From contig DIXU01000003.1 in assembly GCA_002436105.1 (NCBI GenBank), forward strand, positions 107,773 to 171,772: a DNA stretch of 64,000 nt, given 5' to 3'. How positions within the stretch are numbered: position 1 is the first letter of the stretch; each line of letters starts with the position of its first letter. The translations under genes and the position numbers were made by a program. This document shows, in pieces, positions 1 through 10,552 of this stretch. The notes beneath the pieces were generated by a model. It made no database searches, had not been told where the DNA came from, and was given only the letters and a program-made list of their open reading frames with translations. The stretch comes from Candidatus Aminicenantes bacterium UBA6072. GTDB taxonomy: Bacteria; Acidobacteriota; Aminicenantia; UBA2199.

Positions 1-782
<782 letters not shown>

Positions 783-786
<4 letters not shown>

Positions 787-2231
787 AGGCTCTCTCCCCT
801 GCGCCAGCGCAGGACCGGCTTGCGGGCGGCCAGCGTCTCGTCCAGGCGGCGCACCGGCGTGCGGGTCGGGGCCCGGCGCAGCAGCTCGGGATCCTCCCGG
901 GCCTCGCGCAGGACGGTCTCCATCACGGCAATGAACTCGTCCAGGGTCTCCTTGCTCTCGCTCTCGGTCGGCTCGATCATCATCGCCCCGTGCACGATGA
1001 GCGGAAAATAAATGGTGAAGGGATGGATGCCGTAGTCCAGCAGCCGCTTGGCGATGTCCAGGGTCCTGACCGGCAGGCCGCTGTCGGAGAAGACCACCTC
1101 GTGCAGCGAGGGCCCCTTGTAAGGCAGGTCGAGGTGCTTCTCCAGCCGCTTGCGCACGTAGTTGGCGTTCAGCACGGCATCCTCGGCCACGCGCCGGACG
1201 TTCTCCCGGCCCAGGCTCATCAGGTAGGCCAGGGCCCGGACGATGACCAGGAACTGGCCGTAGAAGTTTTTCACCCGTCCGATGCTGCGCGGGTCGTCGT
1301 ACACGACGTCAAAGCCCTTTCCCTCGCGCCGCACCCGCGGCACGGGCAGATGGGGCAGCAGATGCGCGGCCACTCCGACCGGGCCCGAGCCGGGCCCGCC
1401 GCCGCCGTGGGGAGTGGAGAAGGTCTTGTGCAGGTTGATGTGCATGACGTCCACGCCGAGGTCCCCGGGGCGCACCGCTCCCAGCAGGGCGTTGAGATTG
1501 GCGCCGTCCATGTACAGCAGGGAACCGTTGGCGTGCAAAGCATCGGCAACGGCCATGATATCCGATTCGAAAATGCCAAGGGTATTGGGATTGGTCATCA
1601 TCAGCGCCGCCACCTCGGGCGTGAGGTGCGGGCGCAGCTCGGCCAGGCCGATGGTGCCCTGGGGGCTGGATGCGATCTCCTTGACCTCGTAACCCGCGAA
1701 ATGGGCCGATGCCGGGTTCGTGCCGTGGGCCGAGTCGGGGATCAGCACCAGCTTGCGGGGATCGCCCTTCTCCTCCAGGTGCTTGCGCACCATCAGCATG
1801 CCGGTGAACTCGCCATGCGCCCCGGCGGCCGGGGCCAGCGTGAAGCCGGCCAGGCCGGTCAGCTCCTGCAGCCACTCCTCGAGCCGGGCCAGGATTTCCA
1901 GGTTGCCCTGCACCAGGTCGTGCGGGGCGTAGGGATGGGCTTGCAGCTCCTCGGCGGCGGCCAGCTTCTCGTTGATCTTGGGATTGTACTTCATGGTGCA
2001 GGAGCCCAGGGGGTAAAAACCGGCGTCGACGGAGTAGTTGAGCTTGGCCAGCGCCATGTAGTGGCGCACGATTTCCACCTCGGATACTTGGGGGAAATCG
2101 GCGAGTTCCCGGCGCTGCAGTTCCCGGTCGACGGCCGGCTCATCGGGCACGTCGGCCTCGTTCAGTCCGACGCCGATCTTCCCCTCGCGGCTCAACTCGA
2201 ATATCAGCTTGGGCAGGGTGTTCATGATCAT
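783..2231 (-). CDS. gcvPB: Glycine dehydrogenase (decarboxylating) subunit 2
   Basis: 482-aa ORF with the typical P-protein C-terminal half (INLHKTFSTPHGGGGPG PLP-lysine region). It follows gcvPA with a 4-nt ATGA overlap. Confidence 0.95.
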
Positions 2232-3571
2232 TCTCCCAGGGCGTCCAGCAGGCGGTCGATGGCGGCACGGTCATGGACCTCGCTGAAGGCGAGAAGCAGG
2301 CGGTCCTTCTGCCGGGCGTCGAACCAGGCCATGGGAACTCCGGCCAGGATGCCTTGCTTGCGCAGTTCCGCTGCCCGGTCGCTGGCGCTCCCCTTCATGA
2401 CCTCGATGAGCACTTCGTTGAAGAAATTCCTCTCGTAGACCACGCGGAAGCTTCGCTTCCCGGCCGCCGCCCTGGCGAAATAGGCGGCATTCAGGTGGCA
2501 GGCGCGGGCGGCGCGGGTCAGGCCGGCCCGGCCCATGACGGCCAGGTACATGCCGGCGCGCATGGCGCACCAGGCCTCGTTGGAACAGATGTTCGACGTC
2601 GCCTTCTCGCGCTTGATGTGCTGTTCGCGGGTGGACAGCGTCAGCACGTAGCCGCGCTTGCCGTCCAGGTCGCGGGTCTGGCCCACCAGGCGGCCGGGCA
2701 GCTGGCGCATGAACTCCTCGCGCACGGCGATAAAACCCAGGTACGGGCCGCCGAAGCCCAGCGTCAGGCCGAAACTCTGCGCCTCTCCCACCGCCATGTC
2801 GACGCCCGCATCACCCGGCGCCGCGAGATAGGCCAGAGACATGGCCTCGGCCACCACCTGCACGGCGTAGGCCTTGCGCCCATGGGCGGCGACGGCGATG
2901 GCCGGACCATCCTCCACCACGCCCAGGAAATTGGGTGACTGGAAGAGGACGGCGGCCGTGCCGTCGTCGAGTTTGGCCTCCAAATCGGCGGCATCCACGC
3001 GGCCGCTGGCCTCGTCCACGGCCACCGTCACCATTTCGATCGGCAGGTTCTGCACGTAGGTGCGGATGACCGCGGCATACTCGGGATGCAGGCTGCCGGC
3101 CAGCAGCACCCGGCCGCGCCCCGAACGGCGCGTGGCCAGCAGCACGGCTTCGGCGGCGGCGGTGGCGCCGTCGTAGAGGGAAGCGTTGGCCACGTCCAGG
3201 CCGGTCAGCATGGCCATCATGGTCTGGTACTCGAAGATCGCCTGCAGGCTGCCCTGGCTGACCTCGGGCTGGTACGGCGTATAGGGCGTGAGAAACTCGC
3301 CCTTGGCGCTCAGGTAGGTAACGACCTCGGGTATGAAATGGGAATAGGCGCCGGCCCCCAGGAAGCTGAGGTACCCGGAGAAGGAGTTGCGGCGGCCGAA
3401 CTCCCTGAAGAGAGCCGTCAACTCAGGCTCGCTCAACGCCTTGGGCAGCTTGTCCAGGGGCGGGCGGCACTGTCCCGACGGGATGCAGGTGAACAGGTCA
3501 CTGACTTGGGCGATGCCGATGACCCGCTTCATCTCCTCCCGTTCCGCGTCGGTCAGCGGCAGGTATCTCAT
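2228..3571 (-). CDS. gcvPA: Glycine dehydrogenase (decarboxylating) subunit 1
   Basis: 447-aa ORF beginning MRYLPLTDAEREEM, containing FLGAGAY, TPYQPEVSQG and EYQT motifs. It sits in a gcvT-H-PA-PB operon. Confidence 0.95.
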   Translation of the reverse strand: MRYLPLTDAEREEMKRVIGIAQVSDLFTCIPSGQCRPPLDKLPKALSEPELTALFREFGRRNSFSGYLSFLGAGAYSHFIPEVVTYLSAKGEFLTPYTPYQPEVSQGSLQAIFEYQTMMAMLTGLDVANASLYDGATAAAEAVLLATRRSGRGRVLLAGSLHPEYAAVIRTYVQNLPIEMVTVAVDEASGRVDAADLEAKLDDGTAAVLFQSPNFLGVVEDGPAIAVAAHGRKAYAVQVVAEAMSLAYLAAPGDAGVDMAVGEAQSFGLTLGFGGPYLGFIAVREEFMRQLPGRLVGQTRDLDGKRGYVLTLSTREQHIKREKATSNICSNEAWCAMRAGMYLAVMGRAGLTRAARACHLNAAYFARAAAGKRSFRVVYERNFFNEVLIEVMKGSASDRAAELRKQGILAGVPMAWFDARQKDRLLLAFSEVHDRAAIDRLLDALGE

Positions 3572-3574
3572 CGC

Positions 3575-3964
3575 TCACTCCCCGGCAATGCCCTTCAGGT
3601 ATTCCTCGTATTTCTTCAGGTCCATGAGTTCGTCGAGCTCGGAAACCTGCTCGACGCTCATCTTGAAGATCCAGCCCTCGCCGAAAGGATCCTGGTTGAC
3701 CAGCTCCGGGCTGTCCCCCAGCTTGGCGTTGGCTTCGGTCACTTTGCCCGTGACCGGGGAATACACGTCGGAGACGGCCTTGACCGACTCGATGTTGGCC
3801 GCAGGGTCTCCCTTCTTCAGTTCCTTGCCCGCTGCGGGCAGGTCGACGAACACGACATCGCCCAGCTCGTGCTGGGCGTAATCGGTGACGCCGATGACCA
3901 CCGCATCGCCTTCGCGGCGCACCCACTCATGATCCTTGCTGTACAGAAGATTTTCCTTTGCCAT
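3575..3964 (-). CDS. gcvH: Glycine cleavage system H protein
   Basis: 129 aa. YSKDHEWV start region and the lipoyl-lysine motif ESVKAVSDVYSPVTG. Confidence 0.95.
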   Translation of the reverse strand: MAKENLLYSKDHEWVRREGDAVVIGVTDYAQHELGDVVFVDLPAAGKELKKGDPAANIESVKAVSDVYSPVTGKVTEANAKLGDSPELVNQDPFGEGWIFKMSVEQVSELDELMDLKKYEEYLKGIAGE

Positions 3965-3976
3965 GTACGGTTCCTC

Positions 3977-5074
3977 CTACTTGTTTCTTTTATAAAACGG
4001 GGTTTCCACGATCCTGGCGCTGGCCGTCTTTTCGCGAATGGCGATCTGGAATTCATCGCCCACGGCGCAATGCTCAGCGGGCAGATAGGCCAAGCCGATG
4101 GGTTTTTTCAGGAATGGGGCGAAAGTCCCCGACGTGACGGCACCGAAGGCCCTGCCGTCCACGCGGATCGGGTAGCCATGGCGGGCGATGCCCTTGTCGA
4201 GCAGCTCGAAACCCACCAGCTTGCGGCGGATGCCCTCCTGTTTCTGCCGGGCCAGCGCTTCCTGGCCGATGAAGGGCTCCTCCTTCCTGAGCTTGAGTAT
4301 CCAGCCCAGGTCGGCCTCCAGCACCGTGTGGCTGTCGTCGATATCGTTGCCATAGAGTGCCATCTTGGCTTCCAGGCGCAGGGTGTCGCGGGCGCCCAGG
4401 CCGGCGGGCAGGGCATCGTACTTCTCCCCCTTGCCGGCCAGGTCCAGGAACAGCTTGGAGGCGGCGGCGGCGTCGGACTTGAAGTAGATCTCGAAGCCGT
4501 CCTCTCCGGTGTAGCCGGTGCGCGAAACGATGGCGTCCATCCCCTGCACGCGGCCCTGCGCGAAGTGATAGTAGCCCATGGGCTGGAGATCGATTTCGGT
4601 GAACTCCTGGAGCAGCTTTTCGGCCACCGGGCCCTGGACGGCGATCTGCGAGTACTCCTCGCTGCGGTCCTCGAGCTGCACGTCAAATCCGGCGGTGTGC
4701 TTCTTCATCCACAGAAAATCCTTTTCGACGTTGGCCGCGTTGACCACCAGCAGGTACTCGTTCTCCCGGATCATGTAGACCAGCAGGTCGTCGACGAAGC
4801 AGCCGTTCTCGGTCAGCAATCCGGCGTACTGGATCCGCCCCGGCGCCAGCTTGGAGGCGTCGTTGGAGATGAGGTGCTGCACGGCCCTGAGCGCTTCACG
4901 GCCGCGGAACCAGATCTCGCCCATGTGACTGACGTCGAAAATGCCGCCGGTGGTGCGCACGGCCACGTGCTCGGTGTTGACGCCCGAGTACTGAACCGGC
5001 AGGTCCCAGCCGCAGAACTCGACCATCTTGCCCTTCAGGAGGTAATGCGCTTCATTGATCTTGGTTTTTTTCAT
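3977..5074 (-). CDS. gcvT: Aminomethyltransferase (glycine cleavage T protein)
   Basis: 365 aa. GWDLPVQYSG, FDVSHMGE and SRTGYTGEDGFEI motifs. First gene of the gcv operon. SD GGAGA lies 6 nt upstream. Confidence 0.95.
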   Translation of the reverse strand: MKKTKINEAHYLLKGKMVEFCGWDLPVQYSGVNTEHVAVRTTGGIFDVSHMGEIWFRGREALRAVQHLISNDASKLAPGRIQYAGLLTENGCFVDDLLVYMIRENEYLLVVNAANVEKDFLWMKKHTAGFDVQLEDRSEEYSQIAVQGPVAEKLLQEFTEIDLQPMGYYHFAQGRVQGMDAIVSRTGYTGEDGFEIYFKSDAAAASKLFLDLAGKGEKYDALPAGLGARDTLRLEAKMALYGNDIDDSHTVLEADLGWILKLRKEEPFIGQEALARQKQEGIRRKLVGFELLDKGIARHGYPIRVDGRAFGAVTSGTFAPFLKKPIGLAYLPAEHCAVGDEFQIAIREKTASARIVETPFYKRNK

Positions 5075-5099
5075 TGGTTATCTCCAAAAATAAATTAAT

Positions 5100-5128
5100 A
5101 AAATAACACAGACCCCGGGGAATTGCAA
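5100..5128 (-). promoter_or_regulatory. Sigma70-type promoter for the gcv operon
   Basis: Minus strand reads TTGCAA (5128-5123), N17, TATTTT (5105-5100), about 25 nt upstream of the gcvT ATG. Confidence 0.45.
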
Positions 5129-5141
5129 GGCAAATCAGGAT

Positions 5142-5170
5142 TTGACAACCTTTTTCCGGCGTAATATAGT
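5142..5170 (+). promoter_or_regulatory. Sigma70-type promoter for the histidine kinase/response regulator pair
   Basis: TTGACA (5142-5147), N17, TATAGT (5165-5170). Near-consensus hexamers stand out in GC-rich DNA. Confidence 0.55.
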
Positions 5171-5192
5171 GGTTTTTCGACATCGATTATCC

Positions 5193-6401
5193 ATGCGCAC
5201 ACGCCATCGCGAGGAATTCCTGGTCACGACCGCCGCCGCTCTGCAATCGGCCCGCAGCGCCCGCGACTTCCTTGCCTCCTTTTCCGCCATCCTGCGCCGC
5301 TACTTTCCTCTGGAACGCTGCATCGTCTATTTCAAGGAACCCGAGGGCAATGTCTTCAAGCCCTACAGCGACGATGACACGTCGGTTCCCCTGCCGCTCA
5401 TCCCTGAGGAAGCCGACCTGGTCGAGAGTTTCACCGGGCGCAGGGAACCCATGGTCGACGGGCCGCGGACCCGCATGTACTTCGAGCTGTTCGACCGCGG
5501 CACCCGGGGCCTGTTGGCCGGCAACGGCGTCAACCTGATCATCCCGCTGCACGCCAGGAGCTATTTCCGCGGCCTGCTGCTGGCCAGGATCGACCGGAGC
5601 GACCTCGCTGCCGTTCACGAATTGACCGTGGCCGTGCAGACGGCAGCGGTCATGTTCATCCCGCTGATCGAAGCCGAGCGGCTGGAATTCGCCAACGACA
5701 AGAACTTCTACCGCCTGTTCAAATTCGATCGCCTGGTACTGGTGGGGCAAATGGCCGCATCGCTGGCGCATGAGCTGCGTACGCCGCTGACCACCGTGCT
5801 TTTCGAGGCCACGGCCATCAAGGGCCGGACGGGAAACGACGGCGCGATCGCCGCTTCCTGCGAAAAGATCAATCGCGAGATCAACCGCGCCGGGCGGCTG
5901 GTCGAGTCGCTGCTGGTATTTTCCAAGTTCAAGGGGCTCAACCTCAGCCACTTCCCGTTGCGCGAATTCGTGGAGCGGACGCTGGCCGAGATCCCGCCGA
6001 AGAAGATCCCGGACAGCGTGGAGATCCGCGTCCGGGCCGAAAGGGAGATCCGGGTGGCCAGCGACAGCGACCGCCTGAAGCAGGTGTTCATGAACGTTCT
6101 GTTCAACGCCCTGGAGGCCATGGCCGGAAAGGGGAACGGAAGCATCGATATCCGCATCTACAGCGAGTACGACGAGTTGCCGCGGAATATCCACCACGTT
6201 ATCGCCATCCGCGACTCGGGCCCGGGCATTCCCGACGCGATCAAGGACAGGGTCCTGGAGCCGTTCTTCACCACCAAGAAGGAGGGCACCGGGCTCGGGC
6301 TCTACATTTCCTACAGCATCATGAAAACCCTGAAGGGCGACCTGGAGATCCACAGCTCCGGCCAGGGCACCCAGGTCAACCTGATCCTACCCGCGAGGTG
6401 A
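5193..6401 (+). CDS. Cytoplasmic sensor histidine kinase (GAF-like N-terminus, HisKA, HATPase_c)
   Basis: H-box SLAHELRTPLT, N-box NVLFNALEAM, G1 RDSGPGIP, G2 GTGLGLYIS. No TM segment. Start set at ATG 5193 because the track's TTG at 5142 is the -35 hexamer. Confidence 0.85.
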   Translation: MRTRHREEFLVTTAAALQSARSARDFLASFSAILRRYFPLERCIVYFKEPEGNVFKPYSDDDTSVPLPLIPEEADLVESFTGRREPMVDGPRTRMYFELFDRGTRGLLAGNGVNLIIPLHARSYFRGLLLARIDRSDLAAVHELTVAVQTAAVMFIPLIEAERLEFANDKNFYRLFKFDRLVLVGQMAASLAHELRTPLTTVLFEATAIKGRTGNDGAIAASCEKINREINRAGRLVESLLVFSKFKGLNLSHFPLREFVERTLAEIPPKKIPDSVEIRVRAEREIRVASDSDRLKQVFMNVLFNALEAMAGKGNGSIDIRIYSEYDELPRNIHHVIAIRDSGPGIPDAIKDRVLEPFFTTKKEGTGLGLYISYSIMKTLKGDLEIHSSGQGTQVNLILPAR

Positions 6402-7771
6402 GCATGAAAACAGGAAAGCGCATCCTGCTGATCGAGGACGATGAACCCCTGCGTGAATCGATACGCTGCTTTCTCGACCAGAACGGATTCCTGACCGTTG
6501 AGAGCGGCTGCCTGGCCGATGCCAGGCTCCATCTCGAGCGGGAGGCCTTCGACCTGGTCCTGCTCGATCTGACCCTGCCCGACGGAGACGGCATGGACGT
6601 CCTGGAGTGGTTCGCCGCCCAGTACCCGCACCGCATCGTGGTGCTGACCGGCACCGGATCGATCGAAACCGCCGTCCTGGCGATGAAGAAGGGGGCGCAC
6701 GATTTCCTGCAGAAACCGGTCAATCCCGACATGCTGCTGATCACCCTGCAGCGGTCCCTGGCCTTTCTTCAAGCCCGGGATGAATGCCGGGACCTGAAGC
6801 GGGAGATCGGCAACGCCGACGGCTTCGACAAGTTCATCTACCGCAGCCGGGCCATGGCCGAAGTGATCGGCACCGCCAGGCAATATGCCGCCACGTCCCA
6901 CACCATCCTGATCTGCGGAGAGACCGGGACCGGCAAGGAGCTCATGGCCCAAGCCATCCACCGCTGTTCCAGCCGCGGCAGCCAGCCGCTGGTCTCGGTC
7001 AATTGCGCATCCATTCCCGAGAACCTCGCGGAATCGGAGCTGTTCGGCTACAAGAAAGGCGCATTCACCGGCGCCTATGCCGACTCGCCGGGCAAGTTCC
7101 TCCTGGCCGACCGCGGCACGATCCTGCTGGATGAGATCGGCGAGCTGCCGCTCAACATCCAGGCCAAGCTGCTGCGCGTCCTGGAGGATTCGGTGATCGC
7201 CCCCTTGAAGAGCAAGAAACCGCTGCCGGTCAACATCCGGGTGCTGGCGGCCACCAACAAGGACCTGGAGGAGGAAGTGCAGCACAAGCGTTTCCGCGCC
7301 GACCTGTACTACCGCATCGATGAGCTGAAGATCCTGATCCCGCCGCTGCGCTCGCGCCGCGAGGACATCGTGCCGCTGGCCGAGCATTTCCTGGGCATCG
7401 CCAACCTGGTCAATCCCCGGCGCATCACCGGCATTTCCGGCGCGGCACGCCGGCTGCTGGCCCGCTATGACTGGCCGGGCAACGTGCGCGAGCTGAAGAA
7501 CACCATCTTCAAGATCTCCGCCGCCGGGCTCAGTGGCGAGATCGGGCCGGAGCACCTGCCGCTGAAGCTGCTGCACCCGCGCAGGAGCCACGACCGGGGC
7601 GCCCGGCAGCCCAGCCTGGCCGAGGTCAGCCGCGACCACATGCAGGATGTCCTGAGCCAATGCGGCTACAAGTACGCCCAGGCGGCGAAGATACTCGGCA
7701 TATCCCGCACTTCGCTGTACCGGAAGATGTCCGAACAGGATGTCAAAAACAAGAAAAAGACCGTCAGTTGA
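6398..7771 (+). CDS. Sigma54-dependent response regulator (REC, AAA+ and Fis-type HTH; NtrC/AtoC family)
   Basis: REC with [14 protein letters not shown], Walker [15 protein letters not shown] loop ([15 protein letters not shown]), C-terminal [19 protein letters not shown]. 4-nt overlap with the kinase gene. Confidence 0.9.
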   Translation: MSMKTGKRILLIEDDEPLRESIRCFLDQNGFLTVESGCLADARLHLEREAFDLVLLDLTLPDGDGMDVLEWFAAQYPHRIVVLTGTGSIETAVLAMKKGAHDFLQKPVNPDMLLITLQRSLAFLQARDECRDLKREIGNADGFDKFIYRSRAMAEVIGTARQYAATSHTILICGETGTGKELMAQAIHRCSSRGSQPLVSVNCASIPENLAESELFGYKKGAFTGAYADSPGKFLLADRGTILLDEIGELPLNIQAKLLRVLEDSVIAPLKSKKPLPVNIRVLAATNKDLEEEVQHKRFRADLYYRIDELKILIPPLRSRREDIVPLAEHFLGIANLVNPRRITGISGAARRLLARYDWPGNVRELKNTIFKISAAGLSGEIGPEHLPLKLLHPRRSHDRGARQPSLAEVSRDHMQDVLSQCGYKYAQAAKILGISRTSLYRKMSEQDVKNKKKTVS

Positions 7772-8438
7772 GGAATTTCAGGTACAGATCCTTGATGTCC
7801 ATGTCCTTCAGGTCGGCGGAATCGGCTTCGAACAGCAGCCGGCCGTTCTTGATGAAGCCCGCGCGGTCAGCGATCTCCGAGGCATAAAAGATATCGTTGC
7901 CCAGGTAAAGGATGGCCTGGCCCTGCGCCTTTTTCTGCAGCAGCAGCTTGTTGAACTTCAGTTCGAAGCTCTTCTCCGACCCGCGGATGAAGTCGTTGAT
8001 GACGATATCCGCCCTGTCAGCGGCCAGGCAAATGGCCAGGTAGACCTGCCGGAAGATGTCCGGCGCCAGGTCGCGCACATTTCTTTTCAGGTGACGTTCA
8101 TGAAAACCGCACACGAGGAGCGTCTTGAAAACGCTCGTTCTCTCATAACCGCAAGCGGCGCAGAGGAATTCGATCCAATCGCCGATGCTGGCTTCGGTCT
8201 CGAAATCGGCAGCGTCCGCGACGCGCTCGATGAAGATCGCCGCGGCCGCCCCGGGCGGGCCGCCGCTGAAAGCGACCTCGCCGGCGTCGGGTCGCCGCAG
8301 TCCGCACAGGATTTCAAAGAAGCGGTCGAAGCCGGGGCGGTTCAGCAGGAAATAGATCTCGCCGGCGGCGATCTCCAGGTTCAGGGGGTCGAGGCGCTCA
8401 TCGCCTTGAACCAATCCCACGTCGCGAATGGCGATCAT
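7764..8438 (-). CDS. ABC-ATPase-fold protein with all catalytic motifs degenerate (pseudo-NBD)
   Basis: The fold-level pattern of an ABC NBD is present (IAIRDVGL...LNLEIAAGEIYFLL, ...GEVAFSG). Walker A is NRPGFDRF, the signature is LAPDI, Walker B is IVINDF and the H-loop is GND. Start taken at the ATG overlapping the upstream stop (ATGA, 8438). Confidence 0.6.
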   Translation of the reverse strand: MIAIRDVGLVQGDERLDPLNLEIAAGEIYFLLNRPGFDRFFEILCGLRRPDAGEVAFSGGPPGAAAAIFIERVADAADFETEASIGDWIEFLCAACGYERTSVFKTLLVCGFHERHLKRNVRDLAPDIFRQVYLAICLAADRADIVINDFIRGSEKSFELKFNKLLLQKKAQGQAILYLGNDIFYASEIADRAGFIKNGRLLFEADSADLKDMDIKDLYLKFLN

Positions 8439-9775
8439 GGCCGGCCTACCTGGCGCTGCAGGCTCAAGAAGGCCAGCAGGAGAAGGGCGGCGCAATAAAG
8501 CGCCGTCAGCATGACCCCGGGAACGAAGGAACGCGGCAGGCGGCTGCGCGAACGGAAGATGTTCTCGCTGCCCTTGACGAAGGACTCCACGGCGGAATCG
8601 GGCTCCAGATAGCGCCTTTTTAGGTAGAACTGCATGAAGCGGTTGCGAAGTTTCATGATGTAGTCCATGAACTCCAGGTAGCCGTGATACCCCTTCCCGG
8701 AGGCTTCGCCGCTGAGAAACTGGTAGTAGGTGGTCGGGAAGAACACCGATCGGCGCTCGTGGGCAGCGATCACATTCTCGATCTGGCGGAAATAGCGCAT
8801 TTCAAGGCCTGTATTCACCAGATAGCTGCTGTTGATGAACTGGACGGCGAACTCTTTCTGCATCTGGCGGACCTGGTCGAGCGAACTGCGGGGATTCGCC
8901 TTCAGGTAGTCGCGGAATTCCTGTTCCATGGCCATCAGGTTGCGGAACTTTTCCAGGTTGATCTTTTCCGCCGGCTCCAGGGACTGCGAATTCCGGAAGA
9001 CGCTGATGCGGCTGAGCTCGGGCAACAGGAAGATGCAGGCGAACCAAACGACAAAGAACCACAGGAAGAAGGTCTTGCGGAAGCGGATCAGCACCGTGGT
9101 CAGCTGCCCCAGCAGATAGATGAAGTCAAGCAACAGGACCAGGAACAGCGAAAAGCATAAAAAAACCCCCCGTTCCTGCCCGGAGAACACGATGCCGCCG
9201 GCTTGCACGCCGACGAACAACCCCATGATCAGGACAAGGAAGAGCAGGTCCAGCCAGAAGAGGCGGGCGGCCGTGGTCAGGAAAAAATACCTGGCCAGCG
9301 GCATGCGGAGGGCCAGGAAGCGCAGATAGGGAGGGCTGACCAACGCCAGGTGGCCGAGATAGAGCATCAGCAGCGAGCCAAATACGAGGAGGATGCCGGC
9401 AAAATCCTTGAAGTACCCGCGCATGAGAAAAAGCTTGTCCCCCTTGAACGAACTGTCGATGCGGATGGCCTCATAATTGTCGATGTTGCTTTCCAGGTCC
9501 TGCAGGATGCTGCTGTTGATGAAGAACAGGTTGAGCGGCGCCGTTTCATACAGGATGCGGAACCCGAATGTGCCGTATTGGGCATAGGTGGCGATCTGCC
9601 GGGTTTTTTCCTTTTCGAAATCGACGAAGAATTTCTTTTCGGCGAGGGAGCGTCGGTATTCATTCACCCCCGACCAGGCAAAATAGCCTGTGGACAATGC
9701 AATCAGGGCGAAGAAGGCCAGATTCTTTTTTTCGGCAAAGATCCTGAATGCTTCGAAGCGAAAAAACGCTAGCAT
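8435..9775 (-). CDS. Polytopic membrane protein, ABC-2-permease-like topology with an extra C-terminal domain
   Basis: 446 aa. N-terminal TM, a roughly 100-aa loop, a block of about 5 hydrophobic helices, then a roughly 160-aa polar domain and a final TM. Translationally coupled to the pseudo-NBD. No family recognised with certainty. Confidence 0.55.
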   Translation of the reverse strand: MLAFFRFEAFRIFAEKKNLAFFALIALSTGYFAWSGVNEYRRSLAEKKFFVDFEKEKTRQIATYAQYGTFGFRILYETAPLNLFFINSSILQDLESNIDNYEAIRIDSSFKGDKLFLMRGYFKDFAGILLVFGSLLMLYLGHLALVSPPYLRFLALRMPLARYFFLTTAARLFWLDLLFLVLIMGLFVGVQAGGIVFSGQERGVFLCFSLFLVLLLDFIYLLGQLTTVLIRFRKTFFLWFFVVWFACIFLLPELSRISVFRNSQSLEPAEKINLEKFRNLMAMEQEFRDYLKANPRSSLDQVRQMQKEFAVQFINSSYLVNTGLEMRYFRQIENVIAAHERRSVFFPTTYYQFLSGEASGKGYHGYLEFMDYIMKLRNRFMQFYLKRRYLEPDSAVESFVKGSENIFRSRSRLPRSFVPGVMLTALYCAALLLLAFLSLQRQVGRP

Positions 9776-9829
9776 GCTTCATCATATCAGATTGACGGAA
9801 AAAGACAACGGCGGTCTGTTTCTGCTGGG

Positions 9830-10462
9830 CTAGATCTTGTAAAAGACCATGGAAGCGTAATTACCGAAGATCATCGTGCTGTTGTACTGCTGCAGCAGGG
9901 CCCACAACACCCGGTTGTCCGGTGAACGGCCGTCGAGCAGTTCTGCCCGGATGCGCTGCAGGGTGTCCAGGAGAACCTGCAGGTTCCGGGCATGGCGGCG
10001 GTAGAACCCCAGGACGTTGCCACGGCCCAGGTAGGAGGAGACCTCGTCCATCGTCTCCTTGCTCAGGCCGTTCTCCTGGGCGAAACGGCCGTAGTCGAAG
10101 TCCTTCAGATGGCCGATGCGCCGGGGGGCATATCCCGCCTCGTTGCCGGTGGCGATGATGTTCTTGAACAGGTCCAGCGCCCGCTCCACGCGGAAGGCGG
10201 CCATGTCGGCCCTCTGCAGTGCCGCATGAACGTTCAGCCCGTTCCGGCCGGCGATCTCCACCTCGTTGAGCAGCAGGAATGCGTCCGCGGCCGATTGCAG
10301 CAACTCGGAAGCGCTGTCGGTGATCATGTCCCCGATCTGCACGCTGGTCTTGCCCGGGAAAGGGGTGGTCGGATCGTTCGCCACCATGACCGCATGCAGA
10401 CCGACAATGGAGATCCCGATCAAGACGACGCCCAGAATCAATTTGACCATACGCTTTTTCAT
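9830..10462 (-). CDS. Membrane-anchored or secreted helical protein, unknown function
   Basis: 210 aa. N-terminal signal/anchor MKKRMVKLILGVVLIGISIVGL. SD AAGGAGG 6 nt upstream. First gene downstream of the predicted sigma54 promoter. Confidence 0.5.
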   Translation of the reverse strand: MKKRMVKLILGVVLIGISIVGLHAVMVANDPTTPFPGKTSVQIGDMITDSASELLQSAADAFLLLNEVEIAGRNGLNVHAALQRADMAAFRVERALDLFKNIIATGNEAGYAPRRIGHLKDFDYGRFAQENGLSKETMDEVSSYLGRGNVLGFYRRHARNLQVLLDTLQRIRAELLDGRSPDNRVLWALLQQYNSTMIFGNYASMVFYKI

Positions 10463-10535
10463 TGCTTACCTCCTTGATATTTCATTCGATTTCCTTATAA
10501 CCCGTTCCTTGGATCCGACCGGTTCATTAGAATTT

Positions 10536-10552
10536 AAGCAATTAGCTTGCCA
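10536..10552 (-). promoter_or_regulatory. Sigma54 (-24/-12) promoter
   Basis: Minus strand reads TGGCAAGCTAATTGCTT, i.e. TGGCA-N6-TTGCT with canonical GG/GC spacing. It lies about 75 nt upstream of the 10462 ATG, and a sigma54 activator gene is adjacent. Confidence 0.55.

Noticed and set aside
5075-5141. Glycine riboswitch expected upstream of gcvT.
   Set aside because: Only about 65 nt separate gcvT from the divergent kinase promoter. The region is AT-rich promoter DNA with an approximately 20-nt leader. There is no room for, and no sign of, the conserved glycine-aptamer elements.
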